A stretch of DNA of 39,041 nucleotides from a virus: the UHGV virus genome UHGV-0213311, one strand, 5' to 3'. Made by a program: the position numbers and the translations under genes. Positions 17,554 through 28,431 of the stretch are shown here, in pieces (the stretch's first letter is position 1; each line of letters opens with the position of its first letter). The notes under the pieces were generated by a model that was given only the letters and a program-made list of their open reading frames with translations, did not search any database and was not told where the DNA came from.

Positions 17554-18213
17554 TTAAAATAATGAACCAAGAACACCAAGACCACCACCTATTGCAGCGC
17601 CCCATGGACCACCAATAGCCATTCCGGCAGTAGCACCACCAAGTCCACCAGTTATTGCTTGCTGCATACCAGACGGTCTATTCGCTGTCGCCGCCTGAGC
17701 TGCCGCATTTTGTTGTAGTAACTGACCTGTATTATTGGCGTAACTCTGACCTGCGTTTGCCTGACCTTGTAATGCGCCTAGACCTATATTCGCCAGATTC
17801 TGATAGTTGTTCATTTGATCAGAAAGCCAGCTTTGTCCTAACATTGGCGCAATAGAAGCGAGTTGATTGCTTGTCGCAGTGGAACCAAGCCCCCCCATGG
17901 CTTCTGCACCTGCTAACTGCTGGTATCTGGCTTGGTTTGCTAAATCATTAAACTGTTGAGAATTGTAGTATTGGTTTAGTGCGTTACCTTGCCCCTCTAA
18001 TGTTGACAGATTTTGCATTTGTCCAACGTACTGTTGCGCCATAGGTGTAAAAGGAGCCAAGTTATTCATGGTTGTCTGCCATATTTCACGCTGTAACGCT
18101 GTAGCTTCACGAGTAGCATCAGCTTGAGCACCTGCACCACCGTCACCGCCCCCTTTCATATATCCATGCATGGGTAGCAGTGAGTTTCTGAATCTCTCTG
18201 AAATAATCAGCAT
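17554..18213 (-). CDS. Ejection protein, P22 gp7-like (Gly/Ala/Gln-rich)
   Basis: 219 aa. Position. Composition. Confidence 0.6.
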   Translation of the reverse strand: MLIISERFRNSLLPMHGYMKGGGDGGAGAQADATREATALQREIWQTTMNNLAPFTPMAQQYVGQMQNLSTLEGQGNALNQYYNSQQFNDLANQARYQQLAGAEAMGGLGSTATSNQLASIAPMLGQSWLSDQMNNYQNLANIGLGALQGQANAGQSYANNTGQLLQQNAAAQAATANRPSGMQQAITGGLGGATAGMAIGGPWGAAIGGGLGVLGSLF

Positions 18214-18668
18214 TTTAATAACTCCTCGTACTGTTTGCGTTTGAGTTGATAGATGGTGACACCTACTGGTCTGCCATTACTCATATATGCATCATCTAAA
18301 TGACCGACACGAGTAGCACCAAGCATTTTCACAATAACGCGACCATATTTTGTGGTATCGGGAACCATAGTTACTGAGTTAGTGAATTGACTATTTTCCA
18401 GCAACCACTTACAGAATAATTTGTGTGCATCAAAGGCGTACTTACCACGAAATCCAGCATCAAAGATGGCGTGGCACTCAACAACTGTATGCCAGAAGTT
18501 ACGCACCTCGAAAACACCAACCAACAGAACTCCTTCATAAATACCTAAGTAAAGCGCATCAGGTTTAATGAAATACTGATCATTACTATCAACGATATTT
18601 CCCGTGTTCGACTTATCATTTAAAAACTCAGATAGTCGAATAGGATTATCAATAATTTTAATTTCCAT
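18207..18668 (-). CDS. Head-assembly / ejection-associated protein, P22 gp14-like
   Basis: 153 aa between the needle and gp7-like genes. Confidence 0.55.
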   Translation of the reverse strand: MEIKIIDNPIRLSEFLNDKSNTGNIVDSNDQYFIKPDALYLGIYEGVLLVGVFEVRNFWHTVVECHAIFDAGFRGKYAFDAHKLFCKWLLENSQFTNSVTMVPDTTKYGRVIVKMLGATRVGHLDDAYMSNGRPVGVTIYQLKRKQYEELLKC

Positions 18669-19366
18669 TAGTCTATTAATCCGTGTGAACGAAGCGCATC
18701 TTCGAGCGCCTTGATTCGTTGCCTTGCCTCGACTACCCCACTTGCTAGAGTTTGCATTTCTGAGCGAGTGTAATCGGCGCTGAATGAGTAGGATTGGTTA
18801 GCATTAAACGAACCCTTAAGTGACGTACCCGTTGCTGATGTAAAGCCGGTAACTCGAGAACCAACAACTTTAGTTCCGTTTACTGAGTAGGATGTTGAAA
18901 CATCGATGGGCGATAAAAGCTTTTGTTTTTCTGTTTTGCTGAGAGAAACGTAATCAACTTTAATTTCAGATATTCGTCCATCTAGGTCTTGTATCTTTAT
19001 TTTCAGCCCATCAACGTCCTGCTCAACGTTAAGGACTCTTACCTCTAACTTAGATAAATCCTCTTCCGTTTTTGTGATGCGGGATTCATGATTTGCTAAT
19101 TGGTTACCATGCAGAACAATAGTCTGCTCAGCATCACCAAGCCTTTCCTCATGATCATCTAGAATAATGTCTTGTTCATCATTTTTAACTTGAGCATCAA
19201 AAGCCTCAGCACCAGCCTCATTTGCACGACCAGCCACTTTTGCCATATCATCAGCTCCACTTAACACTATGCGTCGATATGTTTCACTGAAATTAGCAGG
19301 TAGGATATCTGGAACAATATAAGCGGATTGAATTTCTATGGGTTTAGAAAGGTTTTCATTTGCCAT
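18668..19366 (-). CDS. Tail needle (cell-puncturing plug), P22 gp26-like
   Basis: 232 aa. 'QVKNDEQDI', trimeric coiled-coil heptads and C-terminal '...ALEDALRSHGLID' closely match the P22 gp26 layout and termini. Confidence 0.85.
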   Translation of the reverse strand: MANENLSKPIEIQSAYIVPDILPANFSETYRRIVLSGADDMAKVAGRANEAGAEAFDAQVKNDEQDIILDDHEERLGDAEQTIVLHGNQLANHESRITKTEEDLSKLEVRVLNVEQDVDGLKIKIQDLDGRISEIKVDYVSLSKTEKQKLLSPIDVSTSYSVNGTKVVGSRVTGFTSATGTSLKGSFNANQSYSFSADYTRSEMQTLASGVVEARQRIKALEDALRSHGLID

Positions 19367-21147
19367 TATTCAACCCTCATAGACAGATCACTCAGTGTTA
19401 CAGGTGACTTAGTGATAACGCGAACCTTAAACCCTATATTTTTTCTCACTCTTCCTACTCGTCGCCATAACACACGGCGGTCATATTGGAATGGTGAGTT
19501 TTGTTCAATCATTTGTTCTCGACCAAAGTTAATACCATCAGTCGTTGCAGACAGAAATAACTTATCGGCAATTTGAGCGACGCCTGTTGATGCCTCAAGC
19601 TCTAAATCGAACACCCTTGCGTTATCGGCTTTAGCCATAGGTGTGTATAAAATATGCTCCACCTGCTTGTCATACTGAGATGATTTATTGAAAGCAAGAT
19701 TACCAATAACTCCCTCATTCTTATCCGCGACAGTGATCTGATTACCTTCGTACATAAAATCAATTGCACGATATGTTTCTTCATACAGTCCAGACTTTAG
19801 AATGCACCACTGCGGATATTGCTGACTGCCCGCTGCATCAAAGCAAAGCGTGTGACGCTGTAAGTGAACAATGAGTAACTCATGACCATCAAATCGAATA
19901 GATTCAAGAACCGCATGTGATAACTCGTCTGACGTATAGCTACGAATGATCTTATCAATACTTGCTGTGGAAATTTGGCTAGCCGTTCCAGCACCAAGAA
20001 TATAAATAGAAGGCGCGCCGTTTGCAGGGTTACTGATGAATGCGAATGATTCTCCAAACTTACACTTAGCATCACGACCAGCAATACCCATCTGAACAAA
20101 ATAAGATGGTTGTGGCGCATATATTACTTGTGACGCACTCGTTGAGCCGGTAATGGTGAAGTATTCGATGGTTGACGAACCAAAACAAAGCACCATGTCA
20201 CGCCAAGAATCGATAGCAATGATGCCGTCAGGCTGTGATTCAGCTGTGTAAAATGGACGATAGCGATCAGGTTTAGACTCATCTTCTAAGTCAGTAACTC
20301 CGAACCTTTCACCGCCTTTCTGTAGCCAAATATAACGACCACGATTACGAGCGACATCAACAACATCACCTAATTCGTATTGAGTATATTTTTCGACTAC
20401 CTCTAGCACCTCTTGCGTCATTATAAATTCAGTAACGTCTCTGACTGTTTGCTCGCTAGATTTGGCAAGGTTCATTTTATACGTGACTGTAATTTTACCA
20501 CCTGCGCGCTTAACACCTTCTACCAGAACATCAGTAAGATAAGGCTTATCATCTTCTTCCTGCTGAGATAATTTAACGCCTACCATTTGCTCAGTGATAA
20601 GCATCTCATTACCGGTTTTACCATCAGAAGTTTTAGGCGTGATTTTTAACGTTAAGAACCCATCCAGATCACCCTTTGTGAGTGGCACAAAGTCATCATT
20701 ACCGTCTTTGTGAGTCCATTTTTTAACGTCACGTTTATAGCCTTCAGTAATTACTTTTTCTTCAGGCCAGTTAGATAATTCCTTAACCTCACCGTCATAG
20801 CGATAGAGTTTTAATTTACCTCCTGACGCTACTGCTTGACTGTAACCAGAGTGCGCCATGGTAACCCTGTCTTTACCTTGAATGTCAGCAATAGCATTCT
20901 GTCCACGATAAAGCTTATTACCACACACGCGATAGACCGTGTTGTTTTTCGTGTTGTACTGGACACCACGAGACACACCATCGACACCATGACGCTTTTC
21001 TAATGCAGGGAACGAACGCAAATAACCGGACGCATTCAATACTTCTTTCGGTGTGGCCAACATATTAACTGGAAGACCATCAATATAATCTGCTGTGTGC
21101 GGGTCTTTCCTCAATCCTCTAGCAAGAGGGATCTGAATCCTTGGCAT
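19366..21147 (-). CDS. Tail hub protein, P22 gp10-like, with roughly 120 extra residues
   Basis: N-terminus 'ADYIDGLPVNMLATPKEVLNASGYLRSFP', internal 'PDRY...ESQPDGIIAIDSWRD' and C-terminus 'KSPVTLS...' match gp10. 593 aa against about 472 aa for P22 gp10. Confidence 0.8.
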   Translation of the reverse strand: MPRIQIPLARGLRKDPHTADYIDGLPVNMLATPKEVLNASGYLRSFPALEKRHGVDGVSRGVQYNTKNNTVYRVCGNKLYRGQNAIADIQGKDRVTMAHSGYSQAVASGGKLKLYRYDGEVKELSNWPEEKVITEGYKRDVKKWTHKDGNDDFVPLTKGDLDGFLTLKITPKTSDGKTGNEMLITEQMVGVKLSQQEEDDKPYLTDVLVEGVKRAGGKITVTYKMNLAKSSEQTVRDVTEFIMTQEVLEVVEKYTQYELGDVVDVARNRGRYIWLQKGGERFGVTDLEDESKPDRYRPFYTAESQPDGIIAIDSWRDMVLCFGSSTIEYFTITGSTSASQVIYAPQPSYFVQMGIAGRDAKCKFGESFAFISNPANGAPSIYILGAGTASQISTASIDKIIRSYTSDELSHAVLESIRFDGHELLIVHLQRHTLCFDAAGSQQYPQWCILKSGLYEETYRAIDFMYEGNQITVADKNEGVIGNLAFNKSSQYDKQVEHILYTPMAKADNARVFDLELEASTGVAQIADKLFLSATTDGINFGREQMIEQNSPFQYDRRVLWRRVGRVRKNIGFKVRVITKSPVTLSDLSMRVE

Positions 21148-21616
21148 CTGGCTTTCTCCTGTGAAAATATCGCTGACCAGTCATCGTTAATAATCGATTA
21201 CCTGAGCCAATAGGGAAACCATCTGGATGATGAGATCTGGCATTTTTAGCTCTCTTTAAAGCACAGCTTCGCATGAGTCTTTCTTTGCCATATCTAGCAG
21301 TTGTAATGACCTTATCAAGCGGGGCAATTTGGTAATCAGGTGCAATGCGAGTAGCTAAGTTGTAGATAACTGCGTTAATGGCTTGTTTGTTTAACCCGTG
21401 TTCATCACCTTGATCGATAGGAGTGTCTTCATCAGCGAACTTATAGCCAGTATGAATTCCTGCACCATCTTCAAACCATTCGTACATCATTGATTCTAAA
21501 TCAACCACGCCATCTTCTAATGACTGAGGCTCGATATCGGTTAATGTAGCATCGGAAGCAACGCCTAATTTACGTAACGCCGCTACGACCAACTCACCCT
21601 TCGTTGTGATCTGCAT
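21119..21616 (-). CDS. Tail adaptor / head completion protein, P22 gp4-like
   Basis: 165 aa (P22 gp4 is 166 aa). Position between the coat-proximal ORF and gp10. Confidence 0.7.
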   Translation of the reverse strand: MQITTKGELVVAALRKLGVASDATLTDIEPQSLEDGVVDLESMMYEWFEDGAGIHTGYKFADEDTPIDQGDEHGLNKQAINAVIYNLATRIAPDYQIAPLDKVITTARYGKERLMRSCALKRAKNARSHHPDGFPIGSGNRLLTMTGQRYFHRRKPDAKDSDPSC

Positions 21617-21803
21617 CTTTCACCGCCTTTTTCTTGGTAGCGGGTTTCTTTTCTGGTTCTGGTAGTTCCTGTGTATCATTTGGGTTTTTATGCCAACCAT
21701 CACTGAGATAGTTTTCCACCTCATCATCTGGAACTGTAATAATTTGAAGATTCATACCCCAAACTTTCACATCACCATTAGCTTTATAAAGCATCGTTTT
21801 CAT
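21594..21803 (-). CDS. Small Lys-rich hypothetical protein between the coat terminator and gp4 (track ORF extends to 21848 through the terminator hairpin)
   Basis: GGAG 6 nt upstream of ATG 21803. The N-terminal 'MLFGSFGSLFLLE' of the track ORF is a translation of the terminator hairpin. Confidence 0.4.
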   Translation of the reverse strand: MKTMLYKANGDVKVWGMNLQIITVPDDEVENYLSDGWHKNPNDTQELPEPEKKPATKKKAVKDADHNEG

Positions 21804-21814
21804 TGTCATCTCCA

Positions 21815-21839
21815 ATAAAAAAAGGGAGCCGAAGCTCCC
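21815..21839 (-). terminator. Rho-independent terminator after the coat gene
   Basis: GGGAGC-ttcg-GCTCCC followed by a 7-U run on the - strand, 17 nt after the coat stop. Confidence 0.7.
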
Positions 21840-21855
21840 GAATAACAACGAGGGT

Positions 21856-23139
21856 TTATTTTTGACCAGTCAGCCCAACACCAACTGCTTCAGGTCGTTT
21901 GGTACATGCAGAATACCAAACCGCAATACGACATTTACCTTCCAGTGTTGAGATATCACCCTGATATGCAACAACGCCATTTAAACCAACAGAAGGAATG
22001 TTAAATGCCTCTGTCTTCATGCCACTAAACAGCGCATGGTTAAGCGGTATAGGTTGGGATAGCAGAGTAATTGAATCATCAGCCCAGAAGATGTTTGTCT
22101 TAGACGTTTTCACGTTAAGGACATTAATTGCCGCGCCATTTGCAAGAGATGTATTCACGTTGGCATATGCGCGTTGCTCTGGTTTTAAATCTGTATCATC
22201 AAGTGCAATCGGCTTAGGCATAATAGTAATGTTGTTACCTTCAACACCAACAACAGCAAATGTTGCATCCTGAGTCAGTAAGTCTTTCGCCATTTGCGAG
22301 ATGAACTTAACACCAGCAAAACTGATCTTATCACCGCGTTTAAATGCTGAACCGTCACTAACTTTAACTACTGCTGTGCGGTTATCAACGTTCTCGCGGT
22401 TACCATCAACATCTCCCTTCCACGCCTCAGGCTTGAACTTCTGCGCGCCATCGACAGTAACACCCGTTGCTGTTCCGGCTGTTAGAGTTGGTAATTTAGG
22501 TGAACGGAGGACATCATCAAAACCAGCAACTTGCTTTTGGATAGTGCCTGATTTGTATGCTTCCTCTTGAATGCGGCCGTATAAATCCTTACCAACCAAG
22601 TTATAACCAGCTTTTAGGTAATCGTCAGGGTTAAAGAAGTAACTCAACCCTTCATTGCGGTTTAACTCACGAGAGAAGATAAGAGATTCGGCCTGAGACA
22701 CAAAACCCCAAGAATCTGCGCCATTTGAAAGATCGCCTGCATCAGCAATAACTAAAGATGCCGTGTCTGCTGCTTGCTTAGCAATTGAAGTCTCAACGTT
22801 ATTAGCCAACTTTAACCCAGATGCACGAATGCGACGACGCAATGAGGTTTCATCGCGCACATCATCGGCACGCAAACCAAAGAAGTCATTATCAGGAACG
22901 CCCATGTTACATTTAACAGAAAGCTCCAAGATGCCTGTCGCTTTATTGGTTAAATCCCAACCTTGTTGAGTCGGTGCTTCTTGCTCTACTGGCATCCAGA
23001 TAGTGTTTTGTGAGCGTTGCATATCACCAGCTGGAGGCGTGTATTTACCTACACGCTGAGCCATTGGACAGTTATTTTCGATAGTGTTTACTACTTCATC
23101 CACCATATAGGTGATAATTTGACCTTCATTTAAAGCCAT
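21856..23139 (-). CDS. Major capsid (coat) protein, P22 gp5-like
   Basis: 'MALNEGQI...[10 protein letters not shown]...GWDLT.KATG.LEL' and the C-terminal 'RPEA.GVGL.GQ' match the P22 coat. 427 aa. Confidence 0.9.
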   Translation of the reverse strand: MALNEGQIITYMVDEVVNTIENNCPMAQRVGKYTPPAGDMQRSQNTIWMPVEQEAPTQQGWDLTNKATGILELSVKCNMGVPDNDFFGLRADDVRDETSLRRRIRASGLKLANNVETSIAKQAADTASLVIADAGDLSNGADSWGFVSQAESLIFSRELNRNEGLSYFFNPDDYLKAGYNLVGKDLYGRIQEEAYKSGTIQKQVAGFDDVLRSPKLPTLTAGTATGVTVDGAQKFKPEAWKGDVDGNRENVDNRTAVVKVSDGSAFKRGDKISFAGVKFISQMAKDLLTQDATFAVVGVEGNNITIMPKPIALDDTDLKPEQRAYANVNTSLANGAAINVLNVKTSKTNIFWADDSITLLSQPIPLNHALFSGMKTEAFNIPSVGLNGVVAYQGDISTLEGKCRIAVWYSACTKRPEAVGVGLTGQK

Positions 23140-24053
23140 TATTTTATTCCTTGTAATTTAGCCTTGATAGCGCGGTACTTTTGAACATCACCTTTACTTG
23201 CTGCATCATCCATTTGCTTTTGTAATGCCGCGACATTTGCCGCCGTAACATCACCGCTAATAGGCTCGTCAGCGGGTGGTGCAGATGAACGTTGTGTACC
23301 GCGAGGCTTGAGAGTTAAACGATCAGCTAATCGAGTTAGTTCGATAGTGACTTGAACTGGGTTTTTGCTAAATAAATCTTTGGCTTTTTCAGGATTTGCA
23401 CCTAGGTAGTAAATGATAGCGGCTGATTTTTCGGGAAAGTTCTGCGCGATACCCTCATAAACACCTTGAGGTAATACTTGCAACGCTGAATCTTCCTTTT
23501 CCTGATAGTCAGGAAGGTTTAATTTCTCAGCCGCATCATAATGAGCCTTGATTGCATTAGCGATTTGTTGACCTTGCTGTGTGTATTCCTGAGTTTTACG
23601 ACCTTGATCCGCCACAGCTTTACTTCTTGCGTCCAAAGCCTTGTTTTGCCATTTCAGCAACTCAGCCTGAAACGCAGCGCTAGCCTTATGTGTGTCATAG
23701 TCATATTTACCGAGTACCTCCTCAGATAAAAAATCATCCAGCTTAGGCATTTCTGGTAGCTCAGGATTTACCCGCAAGTTTTCAGGAAGTTCGCCATTTT
23801 CAATTGCTGCTATCTGTTGCTCAATTTCTCGCTGACGTTTACGAGCGATGCGTTTCGCTGCTTGGATAGCGTTATTGTTTGGTTTTCCTTCCTGTGGTTT
23901 CTCATCGTCTTTCAGGACAATCTCGAAGCCTTCCTCCTGTCCTGCTGCTGAGTTGGCATTTTCAGCAGACTGACTTTCTACGGATGCCGCCGCCTGATCG
24001 TCGGACAAGTTTAATTCTTCAGAGTTATTCTGAATTTCGGTGGTTGTACTCAT
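23139..24053 (-). CDS. Scaffolding protein, P22 gp8-like
   Basis: 304 aa. Acidic, helical. Position between portal and coat. Confidence 0.8.
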   Translation of the reverse strand: MSTTTEIQNNSEELNLSDDQAAASVESQSAENANSAAGQEEGFEIVLKDDEKPQEGKPNNNAIQAAKRIARKRQREIEQQIAAIENGELPENLRVNPELPEMPKLDDFLSEEVLGKYDYDTHKASAAFQAELLKWQNKALDARSKAVADQGRKTQEYTQQGQQIANAIKAHYDAAEKLNLPDYQEKEDSALQVLPQGVYEGIAQNFPEKSAAIIYYLGANPEKAKDLFSKNPVQVTIELTRLADRLTLKPRGTQRSSAPPADEPISGDVTAANVAALQKQMDDAASKGDVQKYRAIKAKLQGIK

Positions 24054-24067
24054 GATATTTAACTCTC

Positions 24068-26158
24068 TTACATGGATTGAGGATTATTCTCGACGTTATT
24101 GTCGGTAGGAATGTTTTGTTGTTGCTGTTGTGCAACCTCGTTCAGAAGTTTAATTGCTTGCATCATTGCGCCTTGCTTCAAGTCCTCAGCCTTAGCTAAG
24201 GTCAATGTAGTGTTGGCCTGTGATTCAAGCGCATTATTCTGAGCGGTAAATGCTTTGATTTGTGTTTCAGCCATGCGATTCTGTGCGTTAACCAGTTCGG
24301 CTTCCGCTTTCTTCTGCTCGGCTTGTGCTGCTACCATCATTGGATCTTGATTGCTTTGCGATGCCTGTTGAGCTTCCATCAACCATTGTTGTTCTTCCTC
24401 GGTTTCTGGTTTCTTCAAGCCATTAACAATCAATTCCTTGTTGGCGTAATCTCTGATGTATTCGACCCCTTTACCTTCCATCATATTTGCATATGTCAGC
24501 ATCATGACATTCCACATTGGATGCTCTACTGGAACCTTGGTGATAAGCTCGCCTATCTCAGCCCTAGCAGCATCTTTTTGTGATTGGAAAGATGGTCCTA
24601 CATCAGTAAATGTTTCGTACTTGCCTCGGATATCATTGCGAACAATCATTTCACCTTTGCGGAAGTCTAATTCTTCCTGCATTAGCTCAACCTGACTCTC
24701 ACCTCCATCCTCGGCAGTTGTTGTTACTGTTCGATTGGTGTCGTATATCTCAGCTGCGATTGATGCGTAAATTTCACCATCACGGCGCATTGCGATAGCT
24801 AAGTTATCCTGAAATACATACGTTTCTAGGTCGATGCGACTATTTAGTTGATTGACGGTATCAAACGCCACCTGACCATTGGCCGCCTCAGTATCGACAC
24901 CGACACGAGCGGTTGATTTAGCCGCTTCCGTTGCCGCTTCTAGTAGTAATGCATCAGCCTGTGAAACCTCGGCATTCTCCATATAAGCAACGGGCGAAGG
25001 AGGCAGGTCAGCATTGTTCTCATCAGTACGGTTGAGTAGATAGTAAGGGTAATCGTCCTCACCGCTAAACATGTGTTCATACCCTGCTATTTGCTCAGGG
25101 AAAAAGAAAGGTTTCTTCTTAGGTGACTTAGCAGCGGTATCGGCAGACTTGGATAAGATAAAGTTACGCAACCGTTGAGCATCTTTCGATAGCCTAACAA
25201 CGCCTTCATACAGTTCATTATCATCAAAGAATGACCACTCACCATACACAGGCACGATTGGAATATGCTCGCCAGCTATCGGCATTCTATCTTTCAGAAT
25301 ACCTGTGCTGGTGATGATTGATTTATAGACTCTGCGCTTTTTAACCTTACGCTCACCTACTTTTTCATAACCAGCATCAGCCAGTTCATCAATCTTTTCT
25401 TTCGCTTCTTTTGCCGAGTATGTTTGAAGATCATTAGTTAGCGGATCGCGATAGACAAATACTAACTCCCTCTTTTCCTCAACTTCGTAATACTCAGCAA
25501 CATGAATTGTCTTTCCATTCGACCAAGTGAAAAGTAAGTCATTGTTCGGTGATTGGAATGATGGTTGAATGTCAGGATCTAACCCGTACTGCTCAGCGAA
25601 CGCTTCCCATCCATTAATATTCATTGCGTGAATGATGGTGCAATTCTTAGCGTCAGACTTATCCATTGCCTTAGCATTGCAATCCCATATAACGTGAGTA
25701 CAAGACTCATGCATTGGAACGCGTCGGATAATCTGATTATTACTGGTTGGGTTATCGTCCTCATATTCAGTGACTAGTCGCCAAGCACCGTAACCACATT
25801 CGATTTGTTCTCTTACTGCCACGTTAACGGCAATCTTTGAGCTATTGTTTCGCATGTCAGTTCGATACATGCCCATAAGAATATCAGCGGCATCGGCTGG
25901 AGCGTTATCCTTCGGTCGATACTGAACCTCAATAGGATTCTTGCGCATCTCAGCAACAAGCTTACGAACCATTGGGCGCACTACATCAAACTGACCTCGG
26001 TATTGCAATGTGACGTAGCTTTCAAGCCAATCATCCCACTGACTAACGCGACTAAAGAATAAATCGTTTCTCGCCTCCGTTCTGGCATTTTCAGATGCAG
26101 AGTAATCGAGGTCGAATTTGCGAAGTATTTTCTCAAGCCGCTCGTTTCTATCGACCAT
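24068..26158 (-). CDS. Portal protein, P22 gp1-like
   Basis: '[40 protein letters not shown]' N-terminal block and the Gln-rich C-terminal barrel region. 696 aa. Confidence 0.9.
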   Translation of the reverse strand: MVDRNERLEKILRKFDLDYSASENARTEARNDLFFSRVSQWDDWLESYVTLQYRGQFDVVRPMVRKLVAEMRKNPIEVQYRPKDNAPADAADILMGMYRTDMRNNSSKIAVNVAVREQIECGYGAWRLVTEYEDDNPTSNNQIIRRVPMHESCTHVIWDCNAKAMDKSDAKNCTIIHAMNINGWEAFAEQYGLDPDIQPSFQSPNNDLLFTWSNGKTIHVAEYYEVEEKRELVFVYRDPLTNDLQTYSAKEAKEKIDELADAGYEKVGERKVKKRRVYKSIITSTGILKDRMPIAGEHIPIVPVYGEWSFFDDNELYEGVVRLSKDAQRLRNFILSKSADTAAKSPKKKPFFFPEQIAGYEHMFSGEDDYPYYLLNRTDENNADLPPSPVAYMENAEVSQADALLLEAATEAAKSTARVGVDTEAANGQVAFDTVNQLNSRIDLETYVFQDNLAIAMRRDGEIYASIAAEIYDTNRTVTTTAEDGGESQVELMQEELDFRKGEMIVRNDIRGKYETFTDVGPSFQSQKDAARAEIGELITKVPVEHPMWNVMMLTYANMMEGKGVEYIRDYANKELIVNGLKKPETEEEQQWLMEAQQASQSNQDPMMVAAQAEQKKAEAELVNAQNRMAETQIKAFTAQNNALESQANTTLTLAKAEDLKQGAMMQAIKLLNEVAQQQQQNIPTDNNVENNPQSM

Positions 26159-26160
26159 TA

Positions 26161-27594
26161 TTATCTCCTAATCGGCCTAATCGGTGCGGGAATTACTCGT
26201 TGCTTAACTTTCCCTACTTCACCAAATCGTTTAGCGAATCGTCGCATCATATAGGCGTATCGAGTAGCATCAAGTAAGTCGTCACGAGTTTTAACAATCT
26301 TTCCTTTTTCGTCGCGATGATAGAAGTTGTATTCTTCAAACCAATCACGCAACCCACGGAAAACTTTAAATCGCCCTGTTCTCATTAAGTCGTATATTTC
26401 AAATAGACCAGCTTCAACAGAGCGTGATTTATCAGGCCATTGAGCAGGGTCATTAAGCATCTTAAACCCTGCGTCTTCGTAATATTCTTTTTGCTGTAAA
26501 CCAGAGCCTTTTTCAGTTTGCAAGCCATCTTGAGGCCACGCGGTAGGAATATCTTTAGCCCACTTATTTACAGCTCCCCACGCCTCAGCAGGTGAAGTCT
26601 TACTAGCCTTCCATGCCCTAGTGACGTAATAGGCATCATTATCTAAATCAATAGCTAGCTGTACGTGTGCTTGAGGGTGATCCCAACCAAAATCCATGCC
26701 ATCAATGACAGCCCAATGCTCAGGGATAGGGAACGGGTCACACGTTATAAACTCTTCACCAAAGTCATAAATACGACCATGACCAAGCATCGGGATACCT
26801 TTGGTTCGCATATCACGCTGATGAGGCGGGAACGAAGCCAGTAATTCAGTTTTAACTTTTTCGCTCAAGTGTGGCGCATCATCCCAACCAACATTCATAC
26901 AAGTTTGAGCAGATGACGGAGAATCCATAAAGCTAATAACTAAATCAGTTCTCCCGTTCTCTGGTGTAAATGTCAGGATGCCACGACCACCACGACCTTT
27001 ATCGCCCGTTGCGGTACGAGTTAATACCTGCGGATAAATAGTAGGGTCTTTTGGCTCCTCATCGATATGGAACCAATCAACGCTATCACCCATCAGAGCG
27101 TGCTGACCTTGAGAGTATGACCAGAATTGTATTTTGGCTATATCTCCGCTTTTATGCCGTATGTATGCAGAACGAACGGCATTTGCAGCCCCTTGAGCCG
27201 CCTCGGTACTAATTATTCTGTCTCCGGGTATCAACCCACCTTCCCATCCATTATCTGTTCTGCGACCTAATATTGGAGCTTGAAGAAGGTCTCGGCACTT
27301 TTCACCAGAGTAACCAAGGCACCAGATAAGCGGTGCGTGGTCAAACCTGTATCCGTCCCAATTGTCAGGGTAATCACCCATAGCATGAATAGCATCAATG
27401 TATGTAGCTGTGTCTGTTTTACCTACACGGTTTGCTGCAATGAGTGCTATTTGTGAATATTCGCTACTGAGCGCAATAAATTTCTTTTGCCAAGGGTAGC
27501 GAGTTTCGTAATAGGTTTTATAACGGTAGACATTTGCGCGACGGGATTTTTCTTCAAGGAGCCTAAGAAGCTCAATTTTCTGCTCCCTGTCCAT
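26161..27594 (-). CDS. terL: Terminase large subunit
   Basis: Walker A 'ANRVGKT'. 477 aa. Overlaps the TerS gene end. Confidence 0.85.
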   Translation of the reverse strand: MDREQKIELLRLLEEKSRRANVYRYKTYYETRYPWQKKFIALSSEYSQIALIAANRVGKTDTATYIDAIHAMGDYPDNWDGYRFDHAPLIWCLGYSGEKCRDLLQAPILGRRTDNGWEGGLIPGDRIISTEAAQGAANAVRSAYIRHKSGDIAKIQFWSYSQGQHALMGDSVDWFHIDEEPKDPTIYPQVLTRTATGDKGRGGRGILTFTPENGRTDLVISFMDSPSSAQTCMNVGWDDAPHLSEKVKTELLASFPPHQRDMRTKGIPMLGHGRIYDFGEEFITCDPFPIPEHWAVIDGMDFGWDHPQAHVQLAIDLDNDAYYVTRAWKASKTSPAEAWGAVNKWAKDIPTAWPQDGLQTEKGSGLQQKEYYEDAGFKMLNDPAQWPDKSRSVEAGLFEIYDLMRTGRFKVFRGLRDWFEEYNFYHRDEKGKIVKTRDDLLDATRYAYMMRRFAKRFGEVGKVKQRVIPAPIRPIRR

Positions 27595-28012
27595 TACTTA
27601 GCTCCTTAATGCGCTTATCCAATTCTTCATCAGTCAAATCAGTGATAGTAATTTTCTGTTCATGTTGAATGCGATCACCATAACGTTTAGGTGCCAGCTT
27701 AGATGCGTACCATTTACGGGCATCAACCTGCAAACGAGCCTTAGCAACTGCCGCACCATCTTCAATAACCGCATCAGATAAGTTAATGATATCTTCGGCT
27801 AATAATTCCGCCTGAACCTCGCGCGCGTGCGCGTATTGTTCCCGAAACTCTTCATGCCTTTGCAACCATTCCATCACCGTGCTTATCGCAGGTAGGCTAG
27901 GTCTTTTGCATATCTGTCGCAGGCTTTCACCTTCCATTAATAGCTTGCAAATATCCTCTGCAACTTCCGGCATATAACTAGACGGGCGACCACCTTTGTT
28001 TTTCTTTGTCAT
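27572..28012 (-). CDS. terS: Terminase small subunit
   Basis: 146 aa. N-terminal 'GGRPSSYMPEVAEDICKLLMEGESLRQIC' HTH typical of small terminases. Position. Confidence 0.75.
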   Translation of the reverse strand: MTKKNKGGRPSSYMPEVAEDICKLLMEGESLRQICKRPSLPAISTVMEWLQRHEEFREQYAHAREVQAELLAEDIINLSDAVIEDGAAVAKARLQVDARKWYASKLAPKRYGDRIQHEQKITITDLTDEELDKRIKELSNGQGAEN

Positions 28013-28395
28013 AAGTCATCACCATTAGCACTAATTTTGTAATAAAACTTATTTATCTCATTACTAATCCAACCAGTTAGATACGCCAACGCCTCATGAT
28101 TTTCGTAATCTACTTTGATGCCAACTATTTCTAACACCTTCCATGCTGCATGCACTGACTCATGAGATACAACATCAGCATTAAAACAATCGACATCTTT
28201 AAAGCTAATGAGGATTATCATCTCGCCAGTTTTTGTATTTTCAATCTGAACAACCTGCCCCATATTTGATGGGGTATGAATGCTAGGTCCATAGATACTA
28301 CCTGCAACATCCTCGGTAGCGCAGATATGAATGTTAAGTCCGTATATGGGGACTTTTATTTTTTTATGTAATTTCATATATCCCCCTTTAATCAA
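28009..28395 (-). CDS. Hypothetical 128-aa protein with an HExxH motif, translationally coupled to terS
   Basis: 'VSHESVHAAW' (HExxH) with a downstream 'ENHEALAY'. ATGA overlap with the terS start. Confidence 0.5.
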   Translation of the reverse strand: MIKGGYMKLHKKIKVPIYGLNIHICATEDVAGSIYGPSIHTPSNMGQVVQIENTKTGEMIILISFKDVDCFNADVVSHESVHAAWKVLEIVGIKVDYENHEALAYLTGWISNEINKFYYKISANGDDL

Positions 28396-28431
28396 TTATC
28401 CAGCCCACTCGTAAATGAGCTGTGTAATTAA

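Noticed and set aside
12180-20120. Numerous short ORFs within structural genes (12180..12449, 12610..12825, 15055..15267, 15657..16051, 17348..17855, 19328..20120)
   Set aside because: All lie inside or antisense to P22-homologous structural genes, whose identity is supported by extensive protein-level similarity.
21998-26277. Plus-strand ORFs inside coat, scaffold, portal and terL (21998..22273, 22301..22570, 22763..22969, 23541..23729, 24260..24798, 26095..26277)
   Set aside because: Antisense shadow frames in high-confidence genes. Ser/Pro/Leu-rich translations without motifs.
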